Shown here piece after piece: positions 48,277 through 57,300 of a stretch of DNA of 64,000 nucleotides; position 1 is the first letter of the stretch, and each line of letters begins with the position of its first letter. Below the pieces are notes generated by a model, which saw only the letters and a program-made list of their open reading frames with translations, was not told the origin of the DNA and did not search any database. Position numbers and translations under genes: made by a program. The DNA comes from an uncultured archaeon. GTDB lineage: Archaea > Thermoplasmatota > Penumbrarchaeia > JASLWR01. The DNA lies in NCBI GenBank assembly GCA_964342815.1, contig CAYFHS010000006.1:1-64000 (forward strand), read 5' to 3'.

Positions 48277-49674
48277 CTAATCCTCATGCATTATGTTGCC
48301 GAACAATTCTTCGTCGGTGGGCTGCGTGCTGGGTATCGGATACGATATCCAGGTGTAATTCAATAGATGTTCCCAGGTTACATTCGATGTTGTGCTGTTC
48401 CCCCCCCACGAGCCGCATCCCAAGGTCATTGACATGGGCATACCGTTTGTCCACGCCCCGCTGTTTGCCAGGCACTGCGGCTGCCTTATCATTATCCGTG
48501 ATACCTTCACGCTGAGCCCGAGCTCCCTGATGCGGGATTCTATTTTCGTATGTATACTGCAGGAATGGCCCGGTCCCGAAAAGGTTGTTATCCTGTTTAC
48601 GAGGTCTATGGCGTCTGGGAATTCCCTCCATTTGTAGAGGGTGGTGGTTACGGATAACTTTTCCCCGGAAAAGGGATAACCCACACCGACTCCCGTCTCC
48701 TCGATCATGATGAAGGTTTTTCCCTCCGGAAGGTCGATCCCCGCAAGTCCGGCAATCTTTTCCGGAGCTTGTGCAACGATGTCGCGGTTCAGTATTCCTC
48801 CGTCAACCCACATGGTATCCTGCAGCTTCTTCTTTTCTTCCGGGGATACCAGATATCCGCCTACGGCCTTAAGTTCATCCACCATATCATCGTAAACCTC
48901 TTCCTGAATTAGAATCGAGTTTTCAGTCGAGCAGCTCGTGGCATAATCGAATGTCTTGGATCGCATTATCTTGTCCGCGGCGTCCGCGAGGTCTGCCGTC
49001 TCGTCCACGATACACACTGAATTACCGGCACCAACTCCCTGGCTGGGGGTTCCGCTGCTGTATGCTGCCCTCACCATTCCGCTGCCGCCTGTGGCAAGGA
49101 TCATATCGCACTGCTTCATAAGCTCCTTGCTTGCTTGGACCGTGAGTTCATCGACGTTTATCACCAGATCTTCCGGCCAACCGTTCTTCTTCAATGTGGC
49201 CCTGATCCTGTTCGTAGCCATCTGATTGCAGGCAATTGTCCTGGGATGGGGTGCCATTATAATGGCATTTCTGGTCTTGATGGCTGTAATGGCTTTCACG
49301 AAGGGAGTCGCTTCGGCATTTGTAACCGGGATCAACGCACCGATGACACCCATTGGTTTAGCGATCTTAATGATACCTTTTTCTATGTCATGTTCGACGA
49401 TCCCTACGGATTTTTTACCTAACATATCCCGAAGGGTTCCCTTTATTTTTGTCATTATTTTACCGTATTTATGCGGTGCGTAGCCCATGCGGCTGTCCTC
49501 GACGCAGAACTCCGCCAGCTCGGTGGCGAATTTGGGTTCGACACCCGACCAGGCAACCCTTGTTGCCAGATCGTCCACCTGTTCCTGTGTAGCGAATTCA
49601 ATTTTTTTCTGTGCGGCTTTTGCCCGCTCTATTAGTCCTCTGATATAATCTGCAGCTTCCTGTTGGTCTGCCAT
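48277..49674 (-). CDS. CoA-acylating aldehyde dehydrogenase (SauS/SucD/AdhE-ALDH type)
   Basis: P.TN, ATGGSGMV, GVGAGN, SKTFDYATSCSTENS, GEKLS, TLGCGSWGGN. Confidence 0.85.
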   Translation of the reverse strand: MADQQEAADYIRGLIERAKAAQKKIEFATQEQVDDLATRVAWSGVEPKFATELAEFCVEDSRMGYAPHKYGKIMTKIKGTLRDMLGKKSVGIVEHDIEKGIIKIAKPMGVIGALIPVTNAEATPFVKAITAIKTRNAIIMAPHPRTIACNQMATNRIRATLKKNGWPEDLVINVDELTVQASKELMKQCDMILATGGSGMVRAAYSSGTPSQGVGAGNSVCIVDETADLADAADKIMRSKTFDYATSCSTENSILIQEEVYDDMVDELKAVGGYLVSPEEKKKLQDTMWVDGGILNRDIVAQAPEKIAGLAGIDLPEGKTFIMIEETGVGVGYPFSGEKLSVTTTLYKWREFPDAIDLVNRITTFSGPGHSCSIHTKIESRIRELGLSVKVSRIMIRQPQCLANSGAWTNGMPMSMTLGCGSWGGNSTTSNVTWEHLLNYTWISYPIPSTQPTDEELFGNIMHED

Positions 49675-49735
49675 TAATTACCCTCCTTTATCTGGATTAT
49701 TTATTTCTTGAATTTTATATCCTTGGACCAGTTCT

Positions 49736-49930
49736 CGTGTAAAGCCGTCCCATTCTGGTTCAACTTTACCAAGAAGTCAGTCCAAATGTTCCTGACTTTA
49801 CGTGTAAAGCCGTCCCTTTTTGGTACGTCTTTACCAATAAGTCTGTCCAAATGTGCCTGACTTTACGTGTAAAGCCGTCCCATTCTGGCACGTCTTTACC
49901 AAGAAGTCAGTCCAAATGTTCCTGACTTTA
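49736..49930. repeat. Intergenic tandem repeat, 3 x 65 bp
   Basis: Units 49736-49800, 49801-49865 and 49866-49930 (cgtgtaaagccgtccc...tttaccaagaagtcagtccaaatgttcctgacttta), with a few substitutions each. Confidence 0.95.
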
Positions 49931-50015
49931 CTCATGAACTGCCCCTCGATCCTTTTCAACATGCTTGTCAAACTGCCGGATCCCATGGGAAATCCGTACA
50001 GGAATATGAACATTA

Positions 50016-51260
50016 CTATCTCGAGACCGGGGGTACTATTTCCTTCTTGCCCGGCACGTGTTCATAGCATATCATGGGGGGATCGGACACCGGACAGATG
50101 AAGGAGCAAATCATGCAGCTCACGCATTTTTCATCGTCAGGGATTGGTCTCCGTTTTCCCCCGTCCCAACCCAGGCACTGACCGCCGGCATCCCGGCAGA
50201 CGATATAGCACTGGCCGCACCCGATACACCGATCGAGGTCGTAACGGGCGACCCCCTGGTGATCCAGGTCGAAGGCATCCGTTGGGTGTATGTTGGGAAG
50301 TGCTTTTCCGACGAGTTCGGAAACGCTGTCGATGCCTTTCGAATCCATGAAATCGGAAAGCCCCTCTATCATGTCCTCCACTATCCCGTACCCGTAATGT
50401 ATGACGCCAGTGGTCATCTGGACCGTGGACGAACCGCAGAGTATATATTCAAGGGCATCCACCCACGTTTCGACACCGCCGAGGCCCGAAAGGGGCAGGC
50501 TAAGCTCTCTGCACTGGGCGAGCTGGGCTATGCAGCGAAGGCCGATGGGCTTCACCGCCGGTCCGGAGTATCCACTCATGGCGCTCTTTCCGGCCACGTT
50601 GGGATGTGGTATGAATGTATCGGGATCGATCCCCACCAGGGCACTCACAGTATTGATCGCCGAGATTCCATCCGCACCTCCCCTCTTTGCATAGAGAGCA
50701 GGCTCTGTGATATCGGTGATGTTGGGGGTCATCTTTGCTATGATGGGCAGTGAAGTGTTCTCCCGCACTATTCGGGTGAAGTTCTCAAGAAGTTCGAAGG
50801 CCTGCCCCACCTTCATTCCCGAGCCCTCAACTGTCATGTGGGGACAGGAAAAGTTAAGCTCCAGCATGTCGGCGCCGGTCTCCTCCACCCCCCTTGCCAG
50901 CAGGCCCCACTCCTCCTCGGAGAAACCCATTATACTTACTATGACCGGATGATCTGGATAATGCCTCTTCAAGTAGCTTATGTCGGCCAGGTTGTCCTCG
51001 AAGCTTCGGTCAGATATCTGTTCCACGTTCTGGAGACCTACAAGCTTTCGAGATTCGTAATCGTATCCTGCCATTCGCGGTGATGGGTGAATTATCTTTG
51101 TCCTACCCGCATGTACGGTCTTGAAGACGGCCCCCCCAAAACCCTGATCGAAAGCTCTTGCCACCATTTCCGCTGTGTTAGATACCGGCGAGGACGATAG
51201 AAGGAAGGGATTGGGAAACTGAACCCCACACATCTCGATACTCAAATCCTTTCCTGTCAT
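50016..51260 (-). CDS. preA: Dihydropyrimidine dehydrogenase subunit PreA
   Basis: GLQNVEQIS, ELNFSCPH, KMTPN, SAINTV, GYSGPAVKP; C-terminal 2x[4Fe-4S] (CIGCGQC, CVSCMIC). Confidence 0.95.
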   Translation of the reverse strand: MTGKDLSIEMCGVQFPNPFLLSSSPVSNTAEMVARAFDQGFGGAVFKTVHAGRTKIIHPSPRMAGYDYESRKLVGLQNVEQISDRSFEDNLADISYLKRHYPDHPVIVSIMGFSEEEWGLLARGVEETGADMLELNFSCPHMTVEGSGMKVGQAFELLENFTRIVRENTSLPIIAKMTPNITDITEPALYAKRGGADGISAINTVSALVGIDPDTFIPHPNVAGKSAMSGYSGPAVKPIGLRCIAQLAQCRELSLPLSGLGGVETWVDALEYILCGSSTVQMTTGVIHYGYGIVEDMIEGLSDFMDSKGIDSVSELVGKALPNIHPTDAFDLDHQGVARYDLDRCIGCGQCYIVCRDAGGQCLGWDGGKRRPIPDDEKCVSCMICSFICPVSDPPMICYEHVPGKKEIVPPVSR

Positions 51261-52597
51261 TCAAACGCACCTCCTGCGGATTTATTTTCCTCAAGCATCT
51301 TCATTATACATTCGGCGGCTGTCTTGCCGTCCTGCACCGCCTGAACGATAAGAGCCGGTCCCCTTGCGGCATCCCCTCCGACGAATATCCTTTTATGGGT
51401 CGTTGAAACTCCATCATCGCCGGTCTTTACTAGGCCGTTTGGCAGATTTTCGACCAACTCGGAAAGCCCCTTGTTGCCCTCCTCGGACCTCATACCGATA
51501 GCCTTGACAAAAAAATCCACATTCAGACGGTATTCGGTCCCGGGAACGGTCACGAGATTCGCCGCAGAATGATCATCAGGGTTCTTCCAGTCTGTCTCGC
51601 AGCCCTTAAGACCGGTTAGCCTGCCGTCCTCGCCTATCAGCTCCGTGACAATACTCTGAGTGCGCAACGTAATGTTGTGGGAAAGGGCCAAATCGAGATC
51701 CTCCTCGTCTGCAGGCATCTCCCGGAGGCTGCGGCGGTAAATGACATAAACCTTGTTAGCGCCCAGGGTTGCACAAGTAGTGGCCGCGTCCATGGCAACG
51801 GAACCGCCTCCCACCACCGCAACGTTCTTGCCACGTATCTTTGATCCCAGTTCGACGTTCCTTCCCGATCTCATGCCCTCAAGGAACTTCTGCGAATCGG
51901 TAACGTTCACAAGATCGCTTCCCGGGATGTCCAATCGCGCAGGATTCCAAGTGCCTATTCCCATGAAGACGGCTTCGAATCCTTCCGAGAGGAGCCTGTC
52001 GGCCTCCCCCCTCTCGATCCTGCTTCTGGTTTTCAATTCCACTCCCAGGGTAAGAACGTCCTCAAGTTCACGTTCCACGAATTCCGTGTTCATGCGAAAT
52101 TCCGGCACGCCGTACCTTAGGACACCTCCCGCCTTCTCCCTCCCCTCGAATATAGTAATGCCGTACCCGTTCTTGGCCAGCTCGGCAGCACAGGCGAGGC
52201 CAGCAGGGCCGGAGCCGATGACTGCAATTTGTCCCTTCCCAGATCCCTTTTTCTTAATAGCATCAAATCCGGTCTCCCAGCCATATTCCACCAGGAACCT
52301 CTGGATCTTGCCGATTTCAATGGGACGGTCTATACCGGTGGCGCTGCACCCTTTCATACATAGTCTTTCCGTAGGACAGAGTGCGCCGCATATCCCTCCG
52401 AGTATGTTGTTGTTCTTTATGGTCCTTACTGCTCCCTTTATGTTCTTGAGCTTCAGTTTTCTAATGAATGTGCCCGGGTCCGTACCCGCAGGGCAGTCCC
52501 GGCTGCAGGGCGGCTCGTGGCAGTTCAGGCACCGGGACGCTTCGGAGATCGCTTGAAGAACACCATATGCCTTCTTATTACGTTCCAACCCGTTCAT
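51257..52597 (-). CDS. preT: Dihydropyrimidine dehydrogenase subunit PreT (GltD-like)
   Basis: EASRCLNC...CPAG, CGALCP..LC, GSGPAG, GGGSVAMD, GGD; overlaps the preA start. Confidence 0.9.
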   Translation of the reverse strand: MNGLERNKKAYGVLQAISEASRCLNCHEPPCSRDCPAGTDPGTFIRKLKLKNIKGAVRTIKNNNILGGICGALCPTERLCMKGCSATGIDRPIEIGKIQRFLVEYGWETGFDAIKKKGSGKGQIAVIGSGPAGLACAAELAKNGYGITIFEGREKAGGVLRYGVPEFRMNTEFVERELEDVLTLGVELKTRSRIERGEADRLLSEGFEAVFMGIGTWNPARLDIPGSDLVNVTDSQKFLEGMRSGRNVELGSKIRGKNVAVVGGGSVAMDAATTCATLGANKVYVIYRRSLREMPADEEDLDLALSHNITLRTQSIVTELIGEDGRLTGLKGCETDWKNPDDHSAANLVTVPGTEYRLNVDFFVKAIGMRSEEGNKGLSELVENLPNGLVKTGDDGVSTTHKRIFVGGDAARGPALIVQAVQDGKTAAECIMKMLEENKSAGGAFE

Positions 52598-52599
52598 AT

Positions 52600-53928
52600 C
52601 TAACCCTCCATCACCCTGAAAGCGTCATCCATAATCTCAAGGGATCTGTCTATCTGATCCATGGTCAATACCAATGGCGGCTGTATTCGGATAACATTTG
52701 CCAAAAGTCCCCCTAGTCCCAGAAGTAATCCGTTGTCCTTGCAAATTTCCATGAACTTCTTTGCTTCGGCCGTCCCGGGCGTCTTTTTCTCACGATCGCT
52801 AACCAGCTCAAACCCGATCATGAGTCCTTTTCCCCTGATATCACCGATCAATGCATGTTCCTCCATCATTTCATTGAGGCGCCGCTTGTAATAATTGCCC
52901 TTGGCCAGGGCTCCTTCCTGAAGGTTTTCCTTCTCTATTATCTCAAGATTGGAGAGCCCTGCTACCATGGCCAGCGGATTTCCGCCGAAGGTGGAGAACA
53001 GGTCTTTGGGCATGAGACAGTCGGATATTTCTTCGGAGGTAATAAGTGCCCCCATTGCAAAACCCGAACCAATGCCTTTTGCCATAGTCATCATGTCCGG
53101 TTTAACCCCCCAGTTCTCGATCCCCCAGAAATGCTTTCCGGTTCTTCCGAAACCGGTCTGTACCTCATCGCTAATAAAGAGCCCGTCGTATTTATGGACG
53201 ATCTCAGCCAGTATTGGAAAGAAATCCGGTACCGGCTCCGTAATACCCCCCACGCCCTGAAGTGGCTCGGCCAGCAGGGCCGCGACCCTCTTTGGCGTCT
53301 GACACCTTATTACCTTATCGGCGAACCACGCACATTCCATATCACACGTTTCGGGGTCCTTTCCGAAGTCACACCTGTAACAGTAACAGTTCGGCGTTCC
53401 TATGGTACCGGTGGCGTAGGTCATGTTTTGCCGCCAGGTGCCCTGGTTGGTAAGGCTCATGGCCATAAGCGTCCTCCCGTGAAAAGCTTCCAGCAGGGAG
53501 ACCACAAAATTGCAGTTGGTGTATTTTTTAGCAAGATGCAGTGCCGCTTCGTTCGCTTCGCTGCCCGAATTAACGAAAAAACATTTCTCTAAGCCTTCGG
53601 GGGAAATGGAAGCCAGTTTCTTGGCATATAGAGCCATGGGTATGGTAGGATAAAGCGTAGTGGTGTGCATCAAAAGGTCGAGTTGTTTTTTCAGGGCTTT
53701 GGTCATCGTGGGATGGCAGTGCCCCGAGTGAACGGTGCAGACACCTGCGAAAAGATCGATGTATGATTTACCTTCGCAGTCGAAGAGGATCGCTCCCTCA
53801 CCCTTGACGAATAATTTTGGTTCAGCATAGTAATGACCCACTGCGGGAACAAGGTGTTTTTTCTCTATTTCCAGTATGTCTTCTGTGGAGAATTTGCTTA
53901 AATTGAAAAGGTCTTCAAATTCACTCAT
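52600..53928 (-). CDS. Class III aminotransferase, AGXT2-like (probable beta-alanine aminotransferase)
   Basis: SGSEANE, FHGRT, DEVQTGFGRTG, TMAKG, STFGGNP; located in the pyrimidine operon. Confidence 0.85.
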   Translation of the reverse strand: MSEFEDLFNLSKFSTEDILEIEKKHLVPAVGHYYAEPKLFVKGEGAILFDCEGKSYIDLFAGVCTVHSGHCHPTMTKALKKQLDLLMHTTTLYPTIPMALYAKKLASISPEGLEKCFFVNSGSEANEAALHLAKKYTNCNFVVSLLEAFHGRTLMAMSLTNQGTWRQNMTYATGTIGTPNCYCYRCDFGKDPETCDMECAWFADKVIRCQTPKRVAALLAEPLQGVGGITEPVPDFFPILAEIVHKYDGLFISDEVQTGFGRTGKHFWGIENWGVKPDMMTMAKGIGSGFAMGALITSEEISDCLMPKDLFSTFGGNPLAMVAGLSNLEIIEKENLQEGALAKGNYYKRRLNEMMEEHALIGDIRGKGLMIGFELVSDREKKTPGTAEAKKFMEICKDNGLLLGLGGLLANVIRIQPPLVLTMDQIDRSLEIMDDAFRVMEG

Positions 53929-53983
53929 GATTATTTCACCTCACATATGTGGTAATTTATTTGCCCCTGGGAACCGTTGAAGA

Positions 53984-54853
53984 TCAGAGTTCTAAGAGGT
54001 CGTCGTACATTTCCGGCCGTCTGTCCCTGAAGAACTGCCATATGTTTCGCACCTCGTCGATCATGTCGAAATCCAGAGCGGCTGCAATGATCTCATCCTT
54101 GTCTCTGCTTCCTTCAGCAACAATCTGGCCTCGGGGGTCGCAGAAATAACTGGTACCGTAGAATTCACCGATGTTCCATGGTGCTTCAAATCCCACTCTG
54201 TTTATGGCACCGACGAAATACCCGTTGGCCACAGCATGGGCAGGCTGTTCCAGTTTCCAAAGATACTCGGAAAGTCCGGCAACTGTAGCAGAGGGGTTGA
54301 AAATAATCTCCGCTCCGTTCAATGCCAGTGCCCTTGCTCCTTCAGGGAAATGACGGTCGTAGCAGATGTATACCCCTACGTCAGCATATTCGGTCTCGAA
54401 CACTGGATACCCAAAATTCCCAGGTCGGAAATAATACTTTTCGAAAAATCCAGGCAGTACATGTGGTATGTGTGTCTTTCGATATTTTCCAAGGTAGGTT
54501 CCGTCGGCATCGATAACCGCGGCGGTATTATAATAGAAACCTGACATTTCCTTTTCATAAATAGGAACTATGAGGACCATGTGGTGCTTCTCTGCTAGAT
54601 CCATCATGGCTTCCGTGGTGGGACCGTCGGGTATCGGTTCTGCCATGTCATACCATTTTGGTCTCTGTTCGGCGGCGAAATAGGGCCCGTTGAACAGTTC
54701 CTGGAGACATAGTATCTTCACGCCCTTGGATGCGGCTTCTCCTATCAATTTCACATGCTTTTCCATCATGTAGCTCTTTATCTCGTCTACGGGAAGGTCG
54801 GTAGAAATATCGGCCTTGGCCTGTATCAATCCACATTTTACTATTCTTGACAT
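53984..54853 (-). CDS. Nitrilase-fold beta-ureidopropionase
   Basis: LQELF, KYRKTHIP, ICYDRHFPEGAR (E-K-C triad); probable start ATG 54853 (MSRIVKCGLIQ). Confidence 0.88.
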   Translation of the reverse strand: MSRIVKCGLIQAKADISTDLPVDEIKSYMMEKHVKLIGEAASKGVKILCLQELFNGPYFAAEQRPKWYDMAEPIPDGPTTEAMMDLAEKHHMVLIVPIYEKEMSGFYYNTAAVIDADGTYLGKYRKTHIPHVLPGFFEKYYFRPGNFGYPVFETEYADVGVYICYDRHFPEGARALALNGAEIIFNPSATVAGLSEYLWKLEQPAHAVANGYFVGAINRVGFEAPWNIGEFYGTSYFCDPRGQIVAEGSRDKDEIIAAALDFDMIDEVRNIWQFFRDRRPEMYDDLLEL

Positions 54854-54999
54854 GTTATTCACCATTTTATATATATTCGGCAATGTCGATATTGATGGAA
54901 ATATGCCAATCTTATTTAAATTATTAATATATCATATACTTACTTGGACAAATTTCATACGGTATTGTTGAATCCAATGTTAAAGGCAGGGAGCTTCTG

Positions 55000-55788
55000 A
55001 TGGATTACGCGGAAAAAATCCGAAAAGCCATTGAATGGATCGTCGGATCGAACCGTCTTGTGATATTCACCGGCGCAGGGGTAAGTACGGAGTCTGGCCT
55101 CCCGGATTACCGCGGTCCCCATGGGGTATGGACCAGAAGGGACAAGGGATTGGCTCCGCCGAAGTCCAAAAACATGGATGAGGTCCATCCCAATCGGACC
55201 CATTATTCCCTGGTCGAGCTTTTGGGATTGGGGAAACTCAATTTTCTCATATCCCAGAACGTGGACAACCTGCATCTTGCTTCCGGAATACCCCCGGATA
55301 TGATCGCCGAGCTGCATGGAAATCACGCGTTGATGAAGTGCATGGATTGCGACCATCGCCTATCTTTCAGCAAAGCAGGATGGGATAAAGGTACCTGGGG
55401 ACAGGGGTATCGTACGCAAAAATCACGCTTGGGACAACCCCAATGTCCGAGGTGCAGCGGCCGGCTAATATCCAGTGTGGTGAATTTTGGAGACCCCATG
55501 CCTGAAAAAGAGATTTCCATATCAATGGAAAGGTCGAGAACCTGCGACGTCTTTATTGTCATTGGCTCTTCTCTAGTTGTTAGTCCGGCAGCTAATATGC
55601 CTGCACTGGCTCTCGAGAACGGCGCGAAATTGATCATTATTAATCAGGGTGAGACTCCTTACGACCACTTGGCCGAATTAAGGTTCTGGGAGAACGCCGG
55701 CTCTGTGATGGAAGATATAGTCAATGGATTGAAGAGAATTGTTCAGCAAAAGAGCAAATCCTATAATGTCAATAGAGCGAACAAGTAA
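55000..55788 (+). CDS. cobB: NAD-dependent deacylase (sirtuin), SIRT6/7-like sequence pattern
   Basis: GAGVSTESGLPDYRGPHGVWT, SQNVDNLH, ELHGN, two CxxC, GSSL, IIN. Confidence 0.9.
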   Translation: MDYAEKIRKAIEWIVGSNRLVIFTGAGVSTESGLPDYRGPHGVWTRRDKGLAPPKSKNMDEVHPNRTHYSLVELLGLGKLNFLISQNVDNLHLASGIPPDMIAELHGNHALMKCMDCDHRLSFSKAGWDKGTWGQGYRTQKSRLGQPQCPRCSGRLISSVVNFGDPMPEKEISISMERSRTCDVFIVIGSSLVVSPAANMPALALENGAKLIIINQGETPYDHLAELRFWENAGSVMEDIVNGLKRIVQQKSKSYNVNRANK

Positions 55789-55795
55789 AGAAAAT

Positions 55796-55875
55796 AAAGA
55801 GGGCCGATGACCCCCAAGGCAAACATCGGCCCGATAGAAAAATAATAATATCAAGCATACAGAGGAAGAGGGCCT
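55796..55875 (-). repeat. Left copy of an inverted structured element
   Basis: gggccgatg-acccccaaggcaaa-catcggccc plus an A-rich linker and agagga; homologous to the reverse complement of 57055-57129. Confidence 0.65.
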
Positions 55876-56256
55876 GGTGCCCTCAGGGTCGGTGTGAGCC
55901 GACCTTATTTGTGCGAATAATATTGGTGAAACACTATTTGACGAGGCAGATGTTCCGCTAGAGCCACATCAGTCTTGAAATCTATTAGGCTAAATGAAAA
56001 GGCAGTTCCCCATCAAATCCTTTTCGAGGTTCGCCTGTTTGACAATATCCAAGAGAAAAGCACTTTGGCGTACCCAGATATGAATATATCGTACATAGCA
56101 GAATGAAATGAGTGGATGGCTGTTCAACGACAGACTAGTGAATTCCTTTTGACACTGTGGCGAGTTTATTTGAATACCACGTTTTACGAAATCAATAGTT
56201 ATAGTCCTAAGAATTTAAGTAACATAATCCAATATAAAGAAATTGAGGGGTATATT

Positions 56257-56838
56257 ATGTCACTCGTTACAATAGTATTTATTATTTTGTTGCTTATATT
56301 AAATGCTTGTCTAATAGGATTAATAATCTATTTTTGGAAAAATTTATCAGTCATAAAAGCAGAAAATAAAACACTTAAGGATAACCAATGGGAAATAAAG
56401 CAAGAATTTGAAAAAAATAAACTGATCGAAATTGAAAGAATAAAACAAACATGGGATGCTCAAAAACAAAATGAAATTGCGAACATAGTTGCACAGACAA
56501 GACAAGATACAAGCAATCGTTCAAGAGCAGCATTAAAAGGTAGAATTGGAGAACAAATGGCTCCACTAATGACAGAATTTTATTCGAAATACGAGTTATC
56601 TGATGCAAGGTTTATTGGAGAACCAATAGATTATATAATCTTTAAGAATTTATCTAAATACAAGTCCGAGAGAGAAAACAAAATTCCCCCGGACCAACGT
56701 TCACAAATTGAGATTATAATTGCTGACGTAAAGACTGGTAAAGCATATCTTAGTCAAGAACAAAGAAGAATTCGAGATGCTATATTATGTAAAAGAGTAA
56801 ATTGGGATATAATTCGTTTAACAATACCAGACGATTAA
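56257..56838 (+). CDS. Membrane-anchored Holliday-junction-resolvase-like PD-(D/E)xK endonuclease (Endonuc_Holl-type)
   Basis: TM plus coiled coil; SR...GRIGEQMAP, DARFIGEPIDYIIF, DVKTG..LSQEQRRI. GAGGGG RBS before ATG 56257. AT-rich (16/60 and 18/60 GC in two sampled lines). Confidence 0.85.
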   Translation: MSLVTIVFIILLLILNACLIGLIIYFWKNLSVIKAENKTLKDNQWEIKQEFEKNKLIEIERIKQTWDAQKQNEIANIVAQTRQDTSNRSRAALKGRIGEQMAPLMTEFYSKYELSDARFIGEPIDYIIFKNLSKYKSERENKIPPDQRSQIEIIIADVKTGKAYLSQEQRRIRDAILCKRVNWDIIRLTIPDD

Positions 56839-57054
56839 AATGTGAGTACAGTTAACTAACAATTATTTGCCCATTGACTTCACGTAACTCTCTTGGCTTC
56901 TGAAGTTTCCGAGGGGCCGTTGCATCTCGGATTCAACGGAGTAAAAAGGGCACACTTGCCGATACTGAAAACTTCCTTTCTGGAACGTTTTTGTATTTTC
57001 TCACAGCTATGCTCGAAAATAACACAGGGGCAATGCCCCGGAGCGGAGTTAGCG

Positions 57055-57129
57055 CCACCCCTCCTCTATCTTTTCGATATTATTTTTGGGTCAGGCCTGC
57101 GTTGGCCTTAGGGGCCGCAGGCCCTTTTT
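57055..57129 (+). repeat. Right copy of an inverted structured element, ending in hairpin plus T5
   Basis: ggcctgcg-ttggccttaggggc-cgcaggcc-c-ttttt. Confidence 0.65.
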
Positions 57130-57300
57130 GGATAAGAAGAAAGAGATTATAAAAACAAAAGCGGTGAAAGTAATCCACCAATATATTTATCCATAAGATG
57201 TATTATAGTTGTCAATATTTCCGTTAGCTTTATTATAGAAAAAAGACGATGTTATTCAAAGTACAAATTTCAAGTTTTATACCTCTAGAACGGTGATCAC

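Noticed and set aside
49736-49930. CRISPR array
   Set aside because: Units are contiguous with no unique spacers, too long, and no cas genes are present.
55850-56105. Possible pseudogene fragments (ETLFDEADVPLEPH / KAVPHQILFEVRLFDN)
   Set aside because: Several stops, no recognisable family; better explained as the structured non-coding element.
56851-57055. Integron attC site (aactaac...gttagcg)
   Set aside because: Off-consensus cores about 200 bp apart, flanking elements inverted rather than direct, and no integrase.
55911-57130. Group II intron (GTGCG at ~55911)
   Set aside because: No domain V/VI consensus on either strand and no RT/maturase.
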